From Cenococcum geophilum (lineage: Eukaryota): a stretch of DNA of 64,000 nucleotides. Location: positions 22,692,001 through 22,756,000 of the forward strand of contig CP158635.1 in NCBI GenBank assembly GCA_050273025.1. Reading direction: 5' to 3'. The translations under genes and the position numbers were made by a program. This document shows positions 30,458-43,659 of this stretch, piece after piece. Under the pieces are notes generated by a model. It was not told the DNA's origin. It searched no databases and was given only the letters and a program-made list of their open reading frames with translations. Positions within the stretch are counted from its first letter, which is position 1. Every line of letters begins with the position of its first letter.

Positions 30458-33025
30458 ATGCCTCTATTAAAGCAAATAAGGCAAAGAGGTTATAAACCAC
30501 AAGCTAGTTAAGCAGATTAATAAGCTGGCAGTATATAATAGGCTAGGGATTACATTAAAATGGATCCCTAGCGGTCTCTATGGCTATATAGCCTATAAAG
30601 GGAGCTACCCCAGCTTATAAACAGCTTTTATTAGCTTTAAATAAGCAAGCTAAATAAAGCTATTACGGAGATATATCTATACCGCGGTTATATGGAGCAG
30701 CTTAAGGCCCTAAGGGTGCTAATATTTAAGCGGTAAGATCTTATACTTATGGCAAAGACGTCTTTTAGTAAGAGTATAATAATGTAAGTACTACTATGTC
30801 TCATACCTAATGCAGTTATTATTATTATTCTTCCACTTAACGCGATTAGGTTAGAGTAAGTAAAAAAGATTATAAAGCTACCTTATATTTGACCTGTTTA
30901 TATATAGGGGAAGACAATATCCGCTAAGCTGATTAAGGATATCTGTACGGGCAGCTACACATATATCCTTATCTCCCTAGAGCTTTTAGTTAGTAATAAG
31001 CTATATAAGGTTCTAATAGACCTAATATTTCGTTCTTATATTGCCCTTATAGTGGTTAATAAAGTATACCTACTTGCTAATTAGGGAGAGACCTTCCGTA
31101 TAGCGTACGTATAACTCTTTAAAGTACGTTCGGTCTTAGTTAATAAGCCTTAGTTTATATATACCGCAACGCTAGACCCCTCTACGTTTTAGATTGTATA
31201 TAAGCTAGCTAGGTTTAAACCTAATATATAAGTTATTAAAACCCTAATTAATTGGCCAGAGCTAAAGATTATACGGAGGGTTATAACCGCGCCAAAAAAG
31301 AAGGACTTTTAAGCTCTTTACTTTACTATTGCTGCTACTCTAGTATATTTGTATATTGCTAGTAATAGTAACTAAGAAAAGGGCGAGTAATTAAGAAGCC
31401 GCTTAATATCCGCACACCGCTAATAGTTTAATCAACTTCAGCTAATTCTAAAGATAATCATCTTCTTTAATTTTAAGGAGTGGATAGCTGCCTATTGTGA
31501 TACTATTCGCAGCTGGTTAATCTATTACGGCTATAATACTACTATTGCTAGAGAAGCGGTTTAGAGCTACTATATAACGCTTGCGGATATTAATAAAGAC
31601 TACTTATACGCCGAATACGCGCGCCCAACGTCTCGAATTTAAATTTTCGTTATATTAGATGCAGTAGCATATAGTATAGATATCCTAGATATCTACCGTT
31701 TAATCCAATATAAAATACCTCGCTATAAATCCTATAATATACTAACACTGCGGTTTAGCCAGGTAGGCTAAGAAGAAGGCCTTTTAGGCGAAGCAATCTT
31801 TATAGTTAAGAGCCGCTAGCGGGGTCCTTATAATAAATTAGGTGGTTCTAAGCATATACAACCTTAGTGTATAGGCGATCTTCGCGTAAGCGCGCTGTAT
31901 AATAATATCCGCGGGCGACAAAACGCAGAGACTGCGGATATTATAGGTAATGCTTTATCTATAGCGTCAGTTAGTATTAAGCAGTTAGTAGATATAAGAA
32001 GCGAGCGTAGGTTAAGCCCTAGTGGTTCTATAGTACGCCTACCTAAAGAGCTTATTATACCAACCCTATACCTAAAGAAGCGGTTAACTAATGTATAGTT
32101 GCGTAGTAAACTGCTGTTCACCCTATAGCGGCTAGTTAATAAGGATTAGGTATGCTTATAAAAGATATAACTTATATACTATAGAGACCCACAGTCTACT
32201 ATTAGTAAAGACTTATGTTATAGTAACTATAACCTAATAATATTCACAAATTGCGAGTATAATATCCACACTAGCCATAATACGGATATCGCGAAAACCC
32301 GCCGGGAGCCTATATTAAGCAATATACAAAAGTAGTTTATATAATAGGCGGAGGCTAGGTATTAGGATATACTATAAACGCCTATAGTTAATTGCGTTAT
32401 ACTAGATAAGTAGCTCTATCGCCTCTATAACATAGGGTAGGTTCCAGATACGGCATTATTAAGGTAAGTAATGCCTAAGTGGGATCCTAATATCCTTAGT
32501 AAGGAGCTTCCGTCCCTTATTAAGCTTTTAGCAGATAAGGAATAAAAGTAGAAATAGGAAAAAATAGGGCAACTCTTAGGTCCTTCTGGGTTAATTATAT
32601 AGATATCAGAGCGGTTTTCCTAAGTATTAGAGCAGCACGCTACTGCGGATAAGCGCTTATCACAAGCTCTTATACAGGCTTCGCAGGTTTTAGATAGGAG
32701 ATTTAAAATATTAGCGCCGTAGTAATTAGCACCTCGCCGTAGCGCTAATATATTATAGGCTAGTTAACAGTCAGCTATAGACCTCTTGCTAATAACTTAG
32801 AAAGAGGATATACCTATACCTTCGCTAACTTTTAGGTCTCCAGCTCCTACTTTATTATTACCCTTATACCAGCCGTTAGATATATCTCTACCGCCAGCAA
32901 CCTACCAGTTAGATACGTCTTTATTAGTACTATAGAGGCGGTTAGCGCGATTAAATAGAGGTAAACGTATATAAAGAGCACTATAGGAAATTAACGGCAA
33001 CGCCAATTAGTATATAGCGGGCTAA
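30458..33025 (+). pseudogene. RIP-decayed RecQ-like SF2 helicase of the transposon
   Basis: Motifs readable after reversing transitions: AKTSF[S>G]KS (30752), LISLELL, V[N>D][K>E]V[Y>H]LLA[N>D][*>W]GETFR (31055), TATL (31163), DAVA[Y>H][S>G][I>M]DI[L>P]DI (31658) and a motif VI-like segment near 31751. 3' end approximate. Confidence 0.8.
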
Positions 33026-33112
33026 TATTAGGCGAGGTTAGCTAATATTAGGCGAGGTTAGCTAATATTAGGCGAGGTTAGCTAATATTAGGCGGGGTTA
33101 GCTAATACTAGG
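33021..33112. repeat. 20-bp tandem repeat GCTAATATTAGGCGAGGTTA, about 4.5 copies
   Basis: Directly visible; lies between the convergent helicase and transposase genes. Confidence 0.95.
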
Positions 33113-33259
33113 TAAGTTTACCTTATATCCACCAAGCGGATATTATAACCACAGTAGCTAATATCTATTAGGACAACCCTTTTTTCCCCTCCTACCTTAT
33201 ACCCCTAGTAAGCGCGGCCCAGAAACTAAATAGATTAATTAATTAATAATATTAATTAC

Positions 33260-35350
33260 TTAGGAATATGTACTAGTGCTACTAACTATAGCAGATATTA
33301 AATGGTTATAGTAGTAGCTTATAGCTAATATCTTATATTACTTATTAAGCAGCTTATATATAGGTTAAAGCTAGGTTTAAGCAAAGTTGGTAGGCAGTAT
33401 AAAGCCATTTAACTTATTATTATCGTTATAGAGATTAAGCTTATTAAATATGGCGGAAAGATCACTACCTAGCCGTAAATTAAACTCGTTAAGGGTAGAT
33501 TAATTAAGCCGTTTAATACCTAGTTATAATAGAGGCGGCGCTTTTATCTTTACTTGCTATGCCTAATGGCGAATAATAGAGCCTATAGCAATTGTATTAG
33601 TAAGCGATTAAATATCCACCGTAGCAGATTTAATAGTATATTAAGTAGACATCCGTTTACTAAACATAATCTTAAACTTTATACGTAGTGGCCCTATATA
33701 ATTAGTTATATAAATACTCTAGCGGAAGAGCGAGTCTAGGTTAAACGTTAAATTGCTATAAGCGTGTATAAGCTACTTTAGCTCCCTATTAAGTAACTTA
33801 TTATCAAGATCTATTAGGTAGTAACTATTCTATTTGCCGCGGTTATTTACTAGACTATTTACTAGGATAGCTTACTAGAGCTTAGGGGAATAGGTATCTG
33901 TTAAAGTTAACTAGAAAAAACGTAATATCTCTAGTAGATAGTTCTTATTCCAACTACCTACGAAATAGATATAGATGCGGGGGAGTATACGGCTAAGCAG
34001 GCCGATATCCGCAAGCTTAATAGCGTGCTTAAGGACTTTATATATCTCTACTAGTTATAAGAAGCGGACATGCGTTAGAAACTCTATATTAGTAGGCTTA
34101 GGAAGTATTTATAAGAATATAGCACTGCTAGTTTATTTAGGGTAACCCTTTTGCCGCGGTTCCGCAGGCTAGCTAGTATAGTTAGCTATTTAAGAGACTT
34201 CTTAACCGAAAATAGCTGTGCGGATATCCTTAACTACTATTAATAAACGTTGCGGAGATAAACTCTTAAGGTACCGCTTAATATTTATAGGCGACTTAGT
34301 ATTACAGGAGTCCTTAATTTAAGTATAGAGCAACGCTATAATACGAGCGTTAAAGCTATAGAGAATTAGCTCCTCTATATAATAAAATAGCGCGCGCTTA
34401 GCTAGGATATTCCTTTAGCCTAGGTGGTTTATATAGGTATATAGCATAGAGTACTTTTAGGCTAATTGCTCGCCACTATAGTGATACCGTATAACTATAT
34501 ATAGGTAGTTTAGCTTTAGGTGCCAAAGAGCTAGAATAGGTAGAGCCTAACATAGGCTATTATAGGCGGATATTGACTTAATACGTTCTCCCTAACACAA
34601 CTAAATAAGCTTTACGGTCTTTTAATTACTATAGATTAGAAACAGTCACTCCTTAAATACTTTATTAGTGTGTTATAGATTTATTTAATAGAGAAAGATA
34701 TCGTCTAGTACCCTATAGGTTTTAGATATAAAAGCCTCTTTAGTTATAATAGGTTCTAGGTTAAGCCTAGACGTCCGCGTAGCGGGTATTATATTAATAG
34801 TAGGTATATATAGATGTTTAAACCGTAGGTTTTTGCTAAGTAATATATTAAGGCCTGGGTACGCTTTTATAATAGCTTTATAGATTAAAGCTGTTAAGAT
34901 CTGCTTTTATATCTCATTTTGTAGATTACCTAGAGCCTTTGTAATATTTAAGAACTTAATTAGGATATCTATATAAAGCATACTTTATTAAAGCCCACTA
35001 TTAGGTATATATACGCCAAAAATAAGCTTATTAGTTATACGCGAATAAAACGTCCTAGTATCCCTAAGTGTTTAATACTAAACTTATTAGAGGTAGTCGA
35101 AGTTATTATAGATAATAATTGTATTAGAAGCGGCACCTATTAAATGGATTTTTACCTATATATAGGTTAGTGTACGCCCGTACCGCGGAGATTATAGGCT
35201 AAACCTTAACTCCTAGGCTACCCGCTCCTTCTGCCAATTTAGAGTAGTATAACTATTAATTAATCTAAGCCTATAGAGTACAGAAAGCACGCGGCGCTTA
35301 ATGCTATTAGCTTAGAGATATATCCCTAACAGCTATAGAATACAATTTAC
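33260..35350 (-). pseudogene. Academ-type (DUF6589-like) DDE transposase, catalytic 3' part, RIP-decayed
   Basis: Minus-strand motifs IIIY[N>D]NFDY (~35096-35120), [S>G][N>D][*>Q]KT (34616-34630), LPILALWHLKLNYL (~34505-34545) and IDLDN[K>E]LLNRELK (~33780-33815). 3' end approximate. Confidence 0.72.
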
Positions 35351-35728
35351 TGTAACGGAATTCCCTAGAAGGTACATATCAGATGAGATAGAAGGAGGTC
35401 TTATCTATGTTCCAGAAGGAGGTCTCATTTATATTCCAGAAGGAGGTCTCACCTATGTTCCATCTACGTCCTAGAAGACACAGTTAGACAGATAAGGGGT
35501 AAAGGGTTTTACTGGCGTTTTAGAAAGATTATATAGGGAGCTGGTTCTCCTCTAGAGAAGAACTAGCGATTAGTCTCTAAATAGAAGTGGTTAGAAGCAT
35601 TTGTCCTTTAATACGTAAAACTTATTCTACCTTTAACTTACCTTTTATTTACCTTTAACTTACCTTCTACTTACCGGTAATACTATTAATTAGATAATTA
35701 TACGTTCTGGTTAAGCTAGCCTCTTATA
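35351..35728 (+). repeat. 5' LTR of element 1 (378 bp)
   Basis: TGTAAC...CTTATA (RIPed TG..CA); matches 48658-49059; contains three 24-bp internal repeats. Confidence 0.95.
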
Positions 35729-37766
35729 ATTCTAATCGCTTATAATCTATTAGGAACGTACGGCTATTAATTAATAATAATAAACTATACTCCTATATCT
35801 TATAAAGCAACGCCCTTACTATAAGAGGCTTAAAGAGTTTCCCCAGAGGAGCGCATTCCCTCTTCCTATAAAGAAGCCACGGCTGGTCCGTCTAACCTTG
35901 CGAGACCTTTAGAAACGATTACCGCTGGGGAGTTATTAGAGCGGTTGCTATATAAGACCCTATAAAAAATAAAGGAGTTAGAGATATGATTGAGATAAGT
36001 ATATTAAGACTACTAAGAACAATTATAAGGACAATTAGGGGAAGTATAAATACCCTAGATATAAAGCGGACTCGAAGGGGTAACACTATACTATGCTATA
36101 ATGTTAGAAAAACCTAAATTCCGCATAAAGGAACCTAATAAGTACTATAGTAATAGTCTTCGGAACTGTAATTGTTTTATCTAATAATGCGAAACTAAGT
36201 TTCGGCTGGATCCGAAATGTTACTTTAATGAGTATAATTAGACACTAATTGCTTTTACCTTCCTATATGGTACTGTTAAGAGTTTATAGACACGCTATAA
36301 GAAGAAACTTACTATACCCCTTAAATTTAGCGAACTTAGGACCTGGTTGGTTAATTAGGTCCAAGACCCTACTAATTAAGGGATGGACTATAACCAGCGA
36401 TACTATAACGCCAAACAGCGGGATAGTTAGACTGTAGTCCAATTTATAAACTACTTAGAAGAACTAGAAGATAATATACTCTACTTAGATCTATAGGATG
36501 ACGCTATATAACTTCACTAGCTACTTACTAAGCTATAACCTAAGATTTAACAGGCTATATAAGAAAAGGGCGAAATTCCTACCTTTTAAGAAAAGCTTAT
36601 CTCTGAAGCTACTCAGATTAAGAGTGTTAAAAGAGACTATTTAGGCAAGTAAAAGAAATAAGACGCTAATAATAAAGAGCGTAGGACTAGACCTAGCTTT
36701 AATAATAGGGGTAGATTCTAACCTAACCGCTCTATGGAAGGACAATATAAGTAGGCCTCGCAGCCCTAGAGTAACGCTAGTTAACCCTAAAATAATAATA
36801 AGTAGAGACCTAATCTGTAGGAGGGGAACTGGGAGACACGCACTTGTTATAACTGTAGTAAAAAGGGCCATATAAGCCGCTTCTGCTAGCAGAAGAAGTA
36901 AGAGTTAGCCTAATTAGGAAAAGAGACAGCCTAGTAGATCTTTACTCCCTTATATTAGGCTAGCAAGAGAAGGAGGGAGTAAACTGCCGTATGGTTATTC
37001 CTATCTCTATTTAAGTTAATAACGAATAGGTAATATAAGACTGCCTTATAGACAGCGGCGCGAGTATAGGGTTTATTTCTTAATTACTAGTGAAAGAATT
37101 AGATTTAGACCTTAGCGGCTTATAGGTGCGCACTATTTGAAGCATTAGAGGCCACCGGATTCTATACTACGGGGAATAGGCTTTTTCCGTGGCTAGCTAG
37201 GACCGCGATGGTCTATGGGATACGTAGGAGATGCGCTTCTATGCTGTAGAAATCAAGGGGTATAACCTTATTTTGGGATACCTATAGCTTCGCCAAGTTA
37301 ATCTGGATATTAATTGGCCTTTAGCCTTGTATCAACATTAGAAGTTTTAACCGCGTATTATAGTTAAAGATTAAGAGACTTTCTTAAACTATATATAAGA
37401 AGAAGGGTGGGTATATGCTATGTATGCCACTCTTAATACTAAAAATGGAGATATAGGATATTTATTTTCGGATATCTGGCTATACACAGTTAAGGAACTA
37501 GAGATTCTACAGAAATATATAGACTTAGAGGATATTTCTAGTAAAGAGGCTGCATAAACCTTACTTAACCCTATATTAGTTAAGTATAAAATAGATATAG
37601 GGGATAAATAACCTCCTTTTAAACCGCTGTATAACCTATTAGAAAATAAGCTAGCGGTACTATATTAATATATAGTGGACAATCTTTAGAGAGGATGGAT
37701 TTAGCCCTCTATAAGCCCGGTAGGGGTGCTAATTATATTTGTACCTAAGAAGGACGGGACCCTTCG

Positions 37767-40700
37767 TGTTACGGCACTGGCAGAACCTAGCAGAACTTGG
37801 CAGAACTTGGCAGAACTTCGCGGTCACGTGACTAGAAGACCGTATAAAAAGAACCCTACTTTGACCAGCGCTGCTCTTCTTCTCCTTTCCTTTCTTTAGC
37901 TTTAGATCCTTGTTTATAGACTACCAATTATATAGGCTTGCGCGCCCCTCTTGCCATACTCGTGCCTTAATTAACTAAGTCGCTAACATTATCTAAAGCT
38001 TAACTACCCTTTCTTCCTAAAAAGGAACTTAAATATATTTACGGACCACAAACTAGAACAGAACATAGAATTAGACCTAAAGAATATTACCAGAACTAGA
38101 AGAATAGAAAAGAATAATAAGACCTATAGAATATGTATAGACCAAAACCCCTGCAGAATCCTACTAGAGGTTACCCTAATAACTATACCACGATGCTAAG
38201 AAATATAGCAGCCGGCAAAGCAGCCGCAGGACCCTTAAATACCTCCGATAGTGAAACAGCAACTGACTTGAACTCCCAAGTGGAGCTTACAGCAGCCAAT
38301 GCCGAAATTAAACGACTTTAAGAGCTGCTTAAAGCCAGAGAACCCCCTATGCCTAGCAAGGAATTATTAGACACCTAGAGACTTACTATAGTCCTTAAGG
38401 CTCTAGCCCAACGTATAGCATTAGCATTATTGCGGTCCGCAAAGGTCATAGACCCCCCGTTGCTTATAGACGGAACCGACCCTATATTTAATAATTGGAA
38501 GCTTTAATTACAGGATAAGCTTGAAGTTAATGCGGACTACTTCCCTACTACTTAGGCTAAAATGGCCTATGTCTTCGGCCGTACCGGCGGGGACGTATAG
38601 ACGCACCTACGTTCACGGTACGCACAGGACTTGGCAAAGCCCTTCCTCTCTAAAGAAGAGATAATCGTTTACCTATCTTCTATTTATAAGGACCCCTTTA
38701 AAGTATAAAATGCCTGACTTAATTATAAAAGCCTAAATATAAAAACGATAGAGACTTTCTTGGCCTTTTAGACCCGCTTTCTGTACCTAGCCAGCTAGGC
38801 TTAAATTCCCCAGGAAGATCTAATACTAGACCTATTTAATAAGCTTACCCTAAACCTGTAGCGAGCTATACTGCTAGTTTTTACTACTATATAGACGCTA
38901 AAGGAACTTATAGACTAGTGCTTGGCTATTAACTAAGGCCTCTACCGAATTAAGGCACGCGCCGAACAGTATAAAGCCAAAAACCCTTTAAATCAGACTA
39001 TAAGCAATATAAGAATGGCCTATAATGCCCCGGCATAATTAGCAACCCCCGCAGCACCACCCATATAGCCTACCGCCAATTTAGCAGCTAGCTATACGGC
39101 CAGCCCTGCCATGGGTCCGGCGAATGCTTAGCCTATGTATAGTAACCTCTATATATAGGCCCTTAGTGATTAAGGAGCTTGCTTCTCTTATAGATAGAAA
39201 GGTTACTATATAAAGAATTGCCCGATAAACGCGAAAGCGGACGAGGTTCTATTAATCTAGGAGGATAGCGCGGAGTCGGAAAAAGAGGAACCCTAGAGGA
39301 AGACTCCTCTCTAGGGTTAAAAGGGATTAATATGTTAGATATTAATCTAGGTTAGCTAGTTAGTAGAAGAAGCTATACTATCCCTTATACTTTATTCCGC
39401 AATAGATATTAAGTTTTAACCTCTGCTTTAGCTAACTCTAGAGTAAATACCTTCGCCTTAATAGACACCTAGTATGCCGTAAAGCTGGCTAACTTTCTAA
39501 ATATACCTATTAAAGAACTACCTAAACTAATTCCTATCCGCGGGTATAATGGGCGGATAGGACCACCTATTGCGACTATCTTGCGGATTTACCTCTGTGT
39601 TGACGGATAAAGGTAGTATAACGCCCCCTTCCTTATTACGGACCTAGGTAGCTATAATATAATCTTAGGGCGAAAATAGCTAGCCTATTTAGGCTTACAG
39701 CTTAATATACGGAGTAAACGGCTTACCTAGCCTAAAACCCTACCCCTAACCCCTTCCTTTATAAAAGAAATCAGTATTATAATGGAAAACCTCATACGGC
39801 CCTAGATTAATACTATTTACCAGGCCGATGCTATGCGTAGGGACTAGGCCTTTAAGAAAGATATATAGCTTAATTCGCAACGGATCTGTATACTACGTCG
39901 CCCCCAGACTACCTATGTTACGCCACCCGCATTAAAGACCTAGGAAGTTAGTAGTGACACAGAAAAGCCCCCTATAGAGAGCTTAGGCCCTATGCAGCCA
40001 TAAAGAATAGTAAGGGACGTTAGATATTATACTAAACTAATAGATCGGAGGGATAACCTATAGAAGATAGAATAGGAGCTAAGAAAGATTATAAACCCTA
40101 GACCGTAAAATACGGTCCAGAAAACGGCTGTAAGGAAACCAGCGGACCTCCCACTAGTTAATGTCTGCTATATTAGTGCCGTAGGATTCTACCGGAACTT
40201 AGTTTAGCCTAATACCGTTGCCTTTATAACGAGCTTATACAAAATTAATTAAATAATTGAGGAAAAGGGAAATAAGCTTAGTGGATAAGAAAGCGAGCTT
40301 ACGGATAAGGAACTAGTAGAACAAAAGCTGCCCTATTGACACCAGAAATTCAAGGACGTATTCTCTAAAGTAGCGTCTAATATACTTCCACCTCACCGAC
40401 CGTATAACTATAAGATTGAGATTAAGCAGGGCAAAGAAAATACCCTTAGCTTTAGCCCCCTCTATAAGCAGTCTATTACTGAATTGCAGGCTATAAAGTA
40501 GTATCTTATTAATAACCTAAATAAGGGCTTTATTGAGCCTAGCTAAGCCCCTTTTGCCTCGCCTATTCTTTTTATCAAAAAGCTAAATAGAGGACTCCGC
40601 TTCTGCATTAACTACTATAAGCTAAATAATATAACCCACAAGGATCGCTATCCGCTGCCCCTACTTAATGAGACTCTGGCCTAAATAAGTAGAGCTAAGG

Positions 40701-43659
40701 TCTTTATAAAGCTTAATATCCGCCAGGCCTTCTACCGAATTAGGATGGACCCTAGGTCTAAAGATCTTACTATATTTTGGACCTGTTACGGAACGTATAA
40801 ATATAAAGTGCTCCCTTTTAGACTGACTAATGGACTAGCTACGTACCAGCGGTATATAAATGATGTACTCTTTAACTACCTTGACGATTTCTGTATAGCC
40901 TATTTGGATAATATTATAATCTACTCTAAGAACGAGCTAGAATATAAGGAGCACGTCTATAAAGTCCTATAACGGCTCTGTGAGGCTAGCCTCTAGGTTA
41001 ATATTAAGAAGTCGGAGTTTAGTGTTAAGTGTATAAAGTACCTAGGTTTTATTATTAGTACAGACGGAATTAAAACTAACCTAGAGAAAACGGCTGTAAT
41101 TAACTAGTAGACACCCCTACGGACCATAAAGGGGGTATAATCCTTTTTAGGGTTTTGTAACTTCTACCGACGCTTTATTAAGAACTATAGTAGGATCGCC
41201 TAGCCTCTTAACCGTCTTACTAGAAAAGACTAGCCCTTTTACTTTAACGCTATATATAGGCAGGCCTTTAATAAGCTTAAGAAACGGCTGGTATCGGCTC
41301 CCCTACTTGCCTATTTTAACCTAAAACGGCCCTTAATACTAGAAACTGATGCCTTAGACGGCGCGATAGCTGGTGTTTTTTCCTAGAAGTAACTAGACGG
41401 AGAGTGGTACCCTATTGTATACTATTTGAAGACTATAATAGATGCTAAGCTAAATTACTACATCCATGATAAAGAAATGCTGGCTATTATCTCTAGCTTT
41501 TAGCACTAGCGTGTATAGCTAGAGGGGACCCCTAAGCCGATTAAGGTAGTTTTAGATTATAAGGCCCTAGAATACTTTATAATAACTAAGGCCCTTATGG
41601 CCCGGTAGGCACGCTAGGCGGATACCCTATCTTAGTTTAACTTCTTAATTATATATAGACTAAGCGCTATAAACCGTGCGGATACTCTTATAAGGCGTAA
41701 GCAAGACCTAAATGACTAGACGGCTATGAAGATCTCACTACAGACCTAGACGCTACTATAACTAGAACACCTTGACCCCTAGATATAGGCAGAACTAAGC
41801 ATAGACTCCTTAGGCGCCGAGATATGTCCTATTAACTCCTCCGAACTTGACCTTATTAATGAACTACTATAGGCCAACCGAATGACCCCCTCTCTATAGG
41901 AATATTGTGAAAAGGCAAAGAATGTTGCTAGCCCATGGTCCCTTGAAAACGGACTACTTAAGCACTAGGAACGGCTAGTAGTAGCTAAGGAACAGAACTT
42001 ACGGACCTGGCTTATTGCCAAAGCTTATGCCTAGGTCTTTACGGCCCACCCTGGAAAAAATAAGACTTATAAGATTATTGGTGACCGCTACTACTGGCCC
42101 AGAATGATTATAGATATTAACCGTTATATATAGAACTGCGATAGCTGCTGTAGATCTATAATTCCACGAGATAAGACCCTAGGACTATTAAAACCTCTCC
42201 CAATACCCAACCGCCCCTAGTAGCATATCTCTATAGACTTCTATAAGCTACTAACAGACCGCGACGGATATAATATAGTTATAATTCTAGTTAACCGCTT
42301 TGGTAAGCGCCTATTCTTAATTCCCTATTATAAGAATATTGATGCCAAGGAGGCGGCCTAACTGTATATCTATTATATCTACCGCATTTACGGACTACTA
42401 GATACTATTATATCCGATCGCGGCCCGCAATTTATATCGGCCTTTTAGAACGAGTTTACCTAGATCCTAGGTATTAGGCTAAAGCTCTCTATAGTATACT
42501 ACCCCTAGATAGACGGCTAGACGGAGATTGTAAATCAATATTTAGATTAGAAACTCCGGCCTTTTGTTAACTACTTCTAGGACAACTGGGGCGAACTGCT
42601 ACCCCTAATAGACTACGCCTAGGCGACCCTACCCTATAACTCTACAGGATTTGTACCTATCCAACTAGAAATAGGGTATTTACCCCAAATAAGCTTTGAT
42701 TGGGATAGACTAGAAGGACCACGGACTGTACGCAAGAAACTGTTTTATAAGGAAGCCTAGCAGTACGCTAAGCGCTTAGAGGAAGCCTAGACGGTAGCCC
42801 GTATAAATCTAGAAAAGGCCTAGAAATTAATGGAATAGTAGGCAAATAAGTATAGGCGCGAACCCGACTTTACTGTAGGCGATATAGTCTAGGTTATAAC
42901 AAAGAACTAGAAGACGGAACGGCCTAGCCGTAAGCTAGACTATTAGATGGCGGGACCGTATAAGGTCCTTAAGAAGATAGGTAACTTATATAAAGTAAAG
43001 CTCCCGGATTTGATCAAGGTTCACCCCGTTTTCTTGCTGGATAAGCTACGGAAAGCTGCGAACGACCTATTGCCTAGATAAAAGAACGAACCTCCCCTAC
43101 CGATTCAAGTTAATAGCGACAATAAATGGGAAATTGAAGAAGTACTGGCCTGTAAACTAGTAAGGAAAACGCTAAAGTACTGCGTTAGTTGGAAAGGCTA
43201 TGACCCAGATCCTACCTAGTACCCTATATGGAACTTTATTAGCAGTCCCTATAAGCTTTAAGAATTCTATAACCGCTACCCTAATAAACCAGGACCCCTA
43301 AAGTACCTAGACGAGTGGATGGAGTGCTAGTATAGCGAAGACAATAAGCTACCGGAAGAATATAAAGATAAGAACGCCCTATAAGTATAATACAGACTAT
43401 AAAGCCTAAGGGCAGGCTTTTGCGGAGGGGGGGGTAATGTTACGGCACTGGTAGAACCTGGCAGAACTTGGCAGAACTTGGCAGAACTTCGCGGTTATGT
43501 AACTAGAAGACCGCATAAAAAGAACCCTACTTTAACCAGCGCTACTCTTCTTCTCCTTTCCTTTCTCTAGCTTTAGATCCTCGTTTATAGACTACCAATC
43601 GTATAGGCTTGCGCGCCCCTCTTGCCGTGCTCGTGCCTCGATTGACTGAGTCGCTAACA
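37767..43659 (+). mobile_element. Ty3/Gypsy chromovirus LTR retrotransposon (element 2), nested in the RT of element 1, RIP-decayed
   Basis: 222-bp LTRs 37767-37988 and 43438-43659 (TG...CA); perfect TSD CTTCG; PPT GGAGGGGGGGG. Decayed gag knuckle (~39180), protease, RT YLD[N>D] (40901), RNase H ETDA, integrase and chromodomain WEIEEVLA...VSWKGYDPDPT (~43127-43220). Confidence 0.97.
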
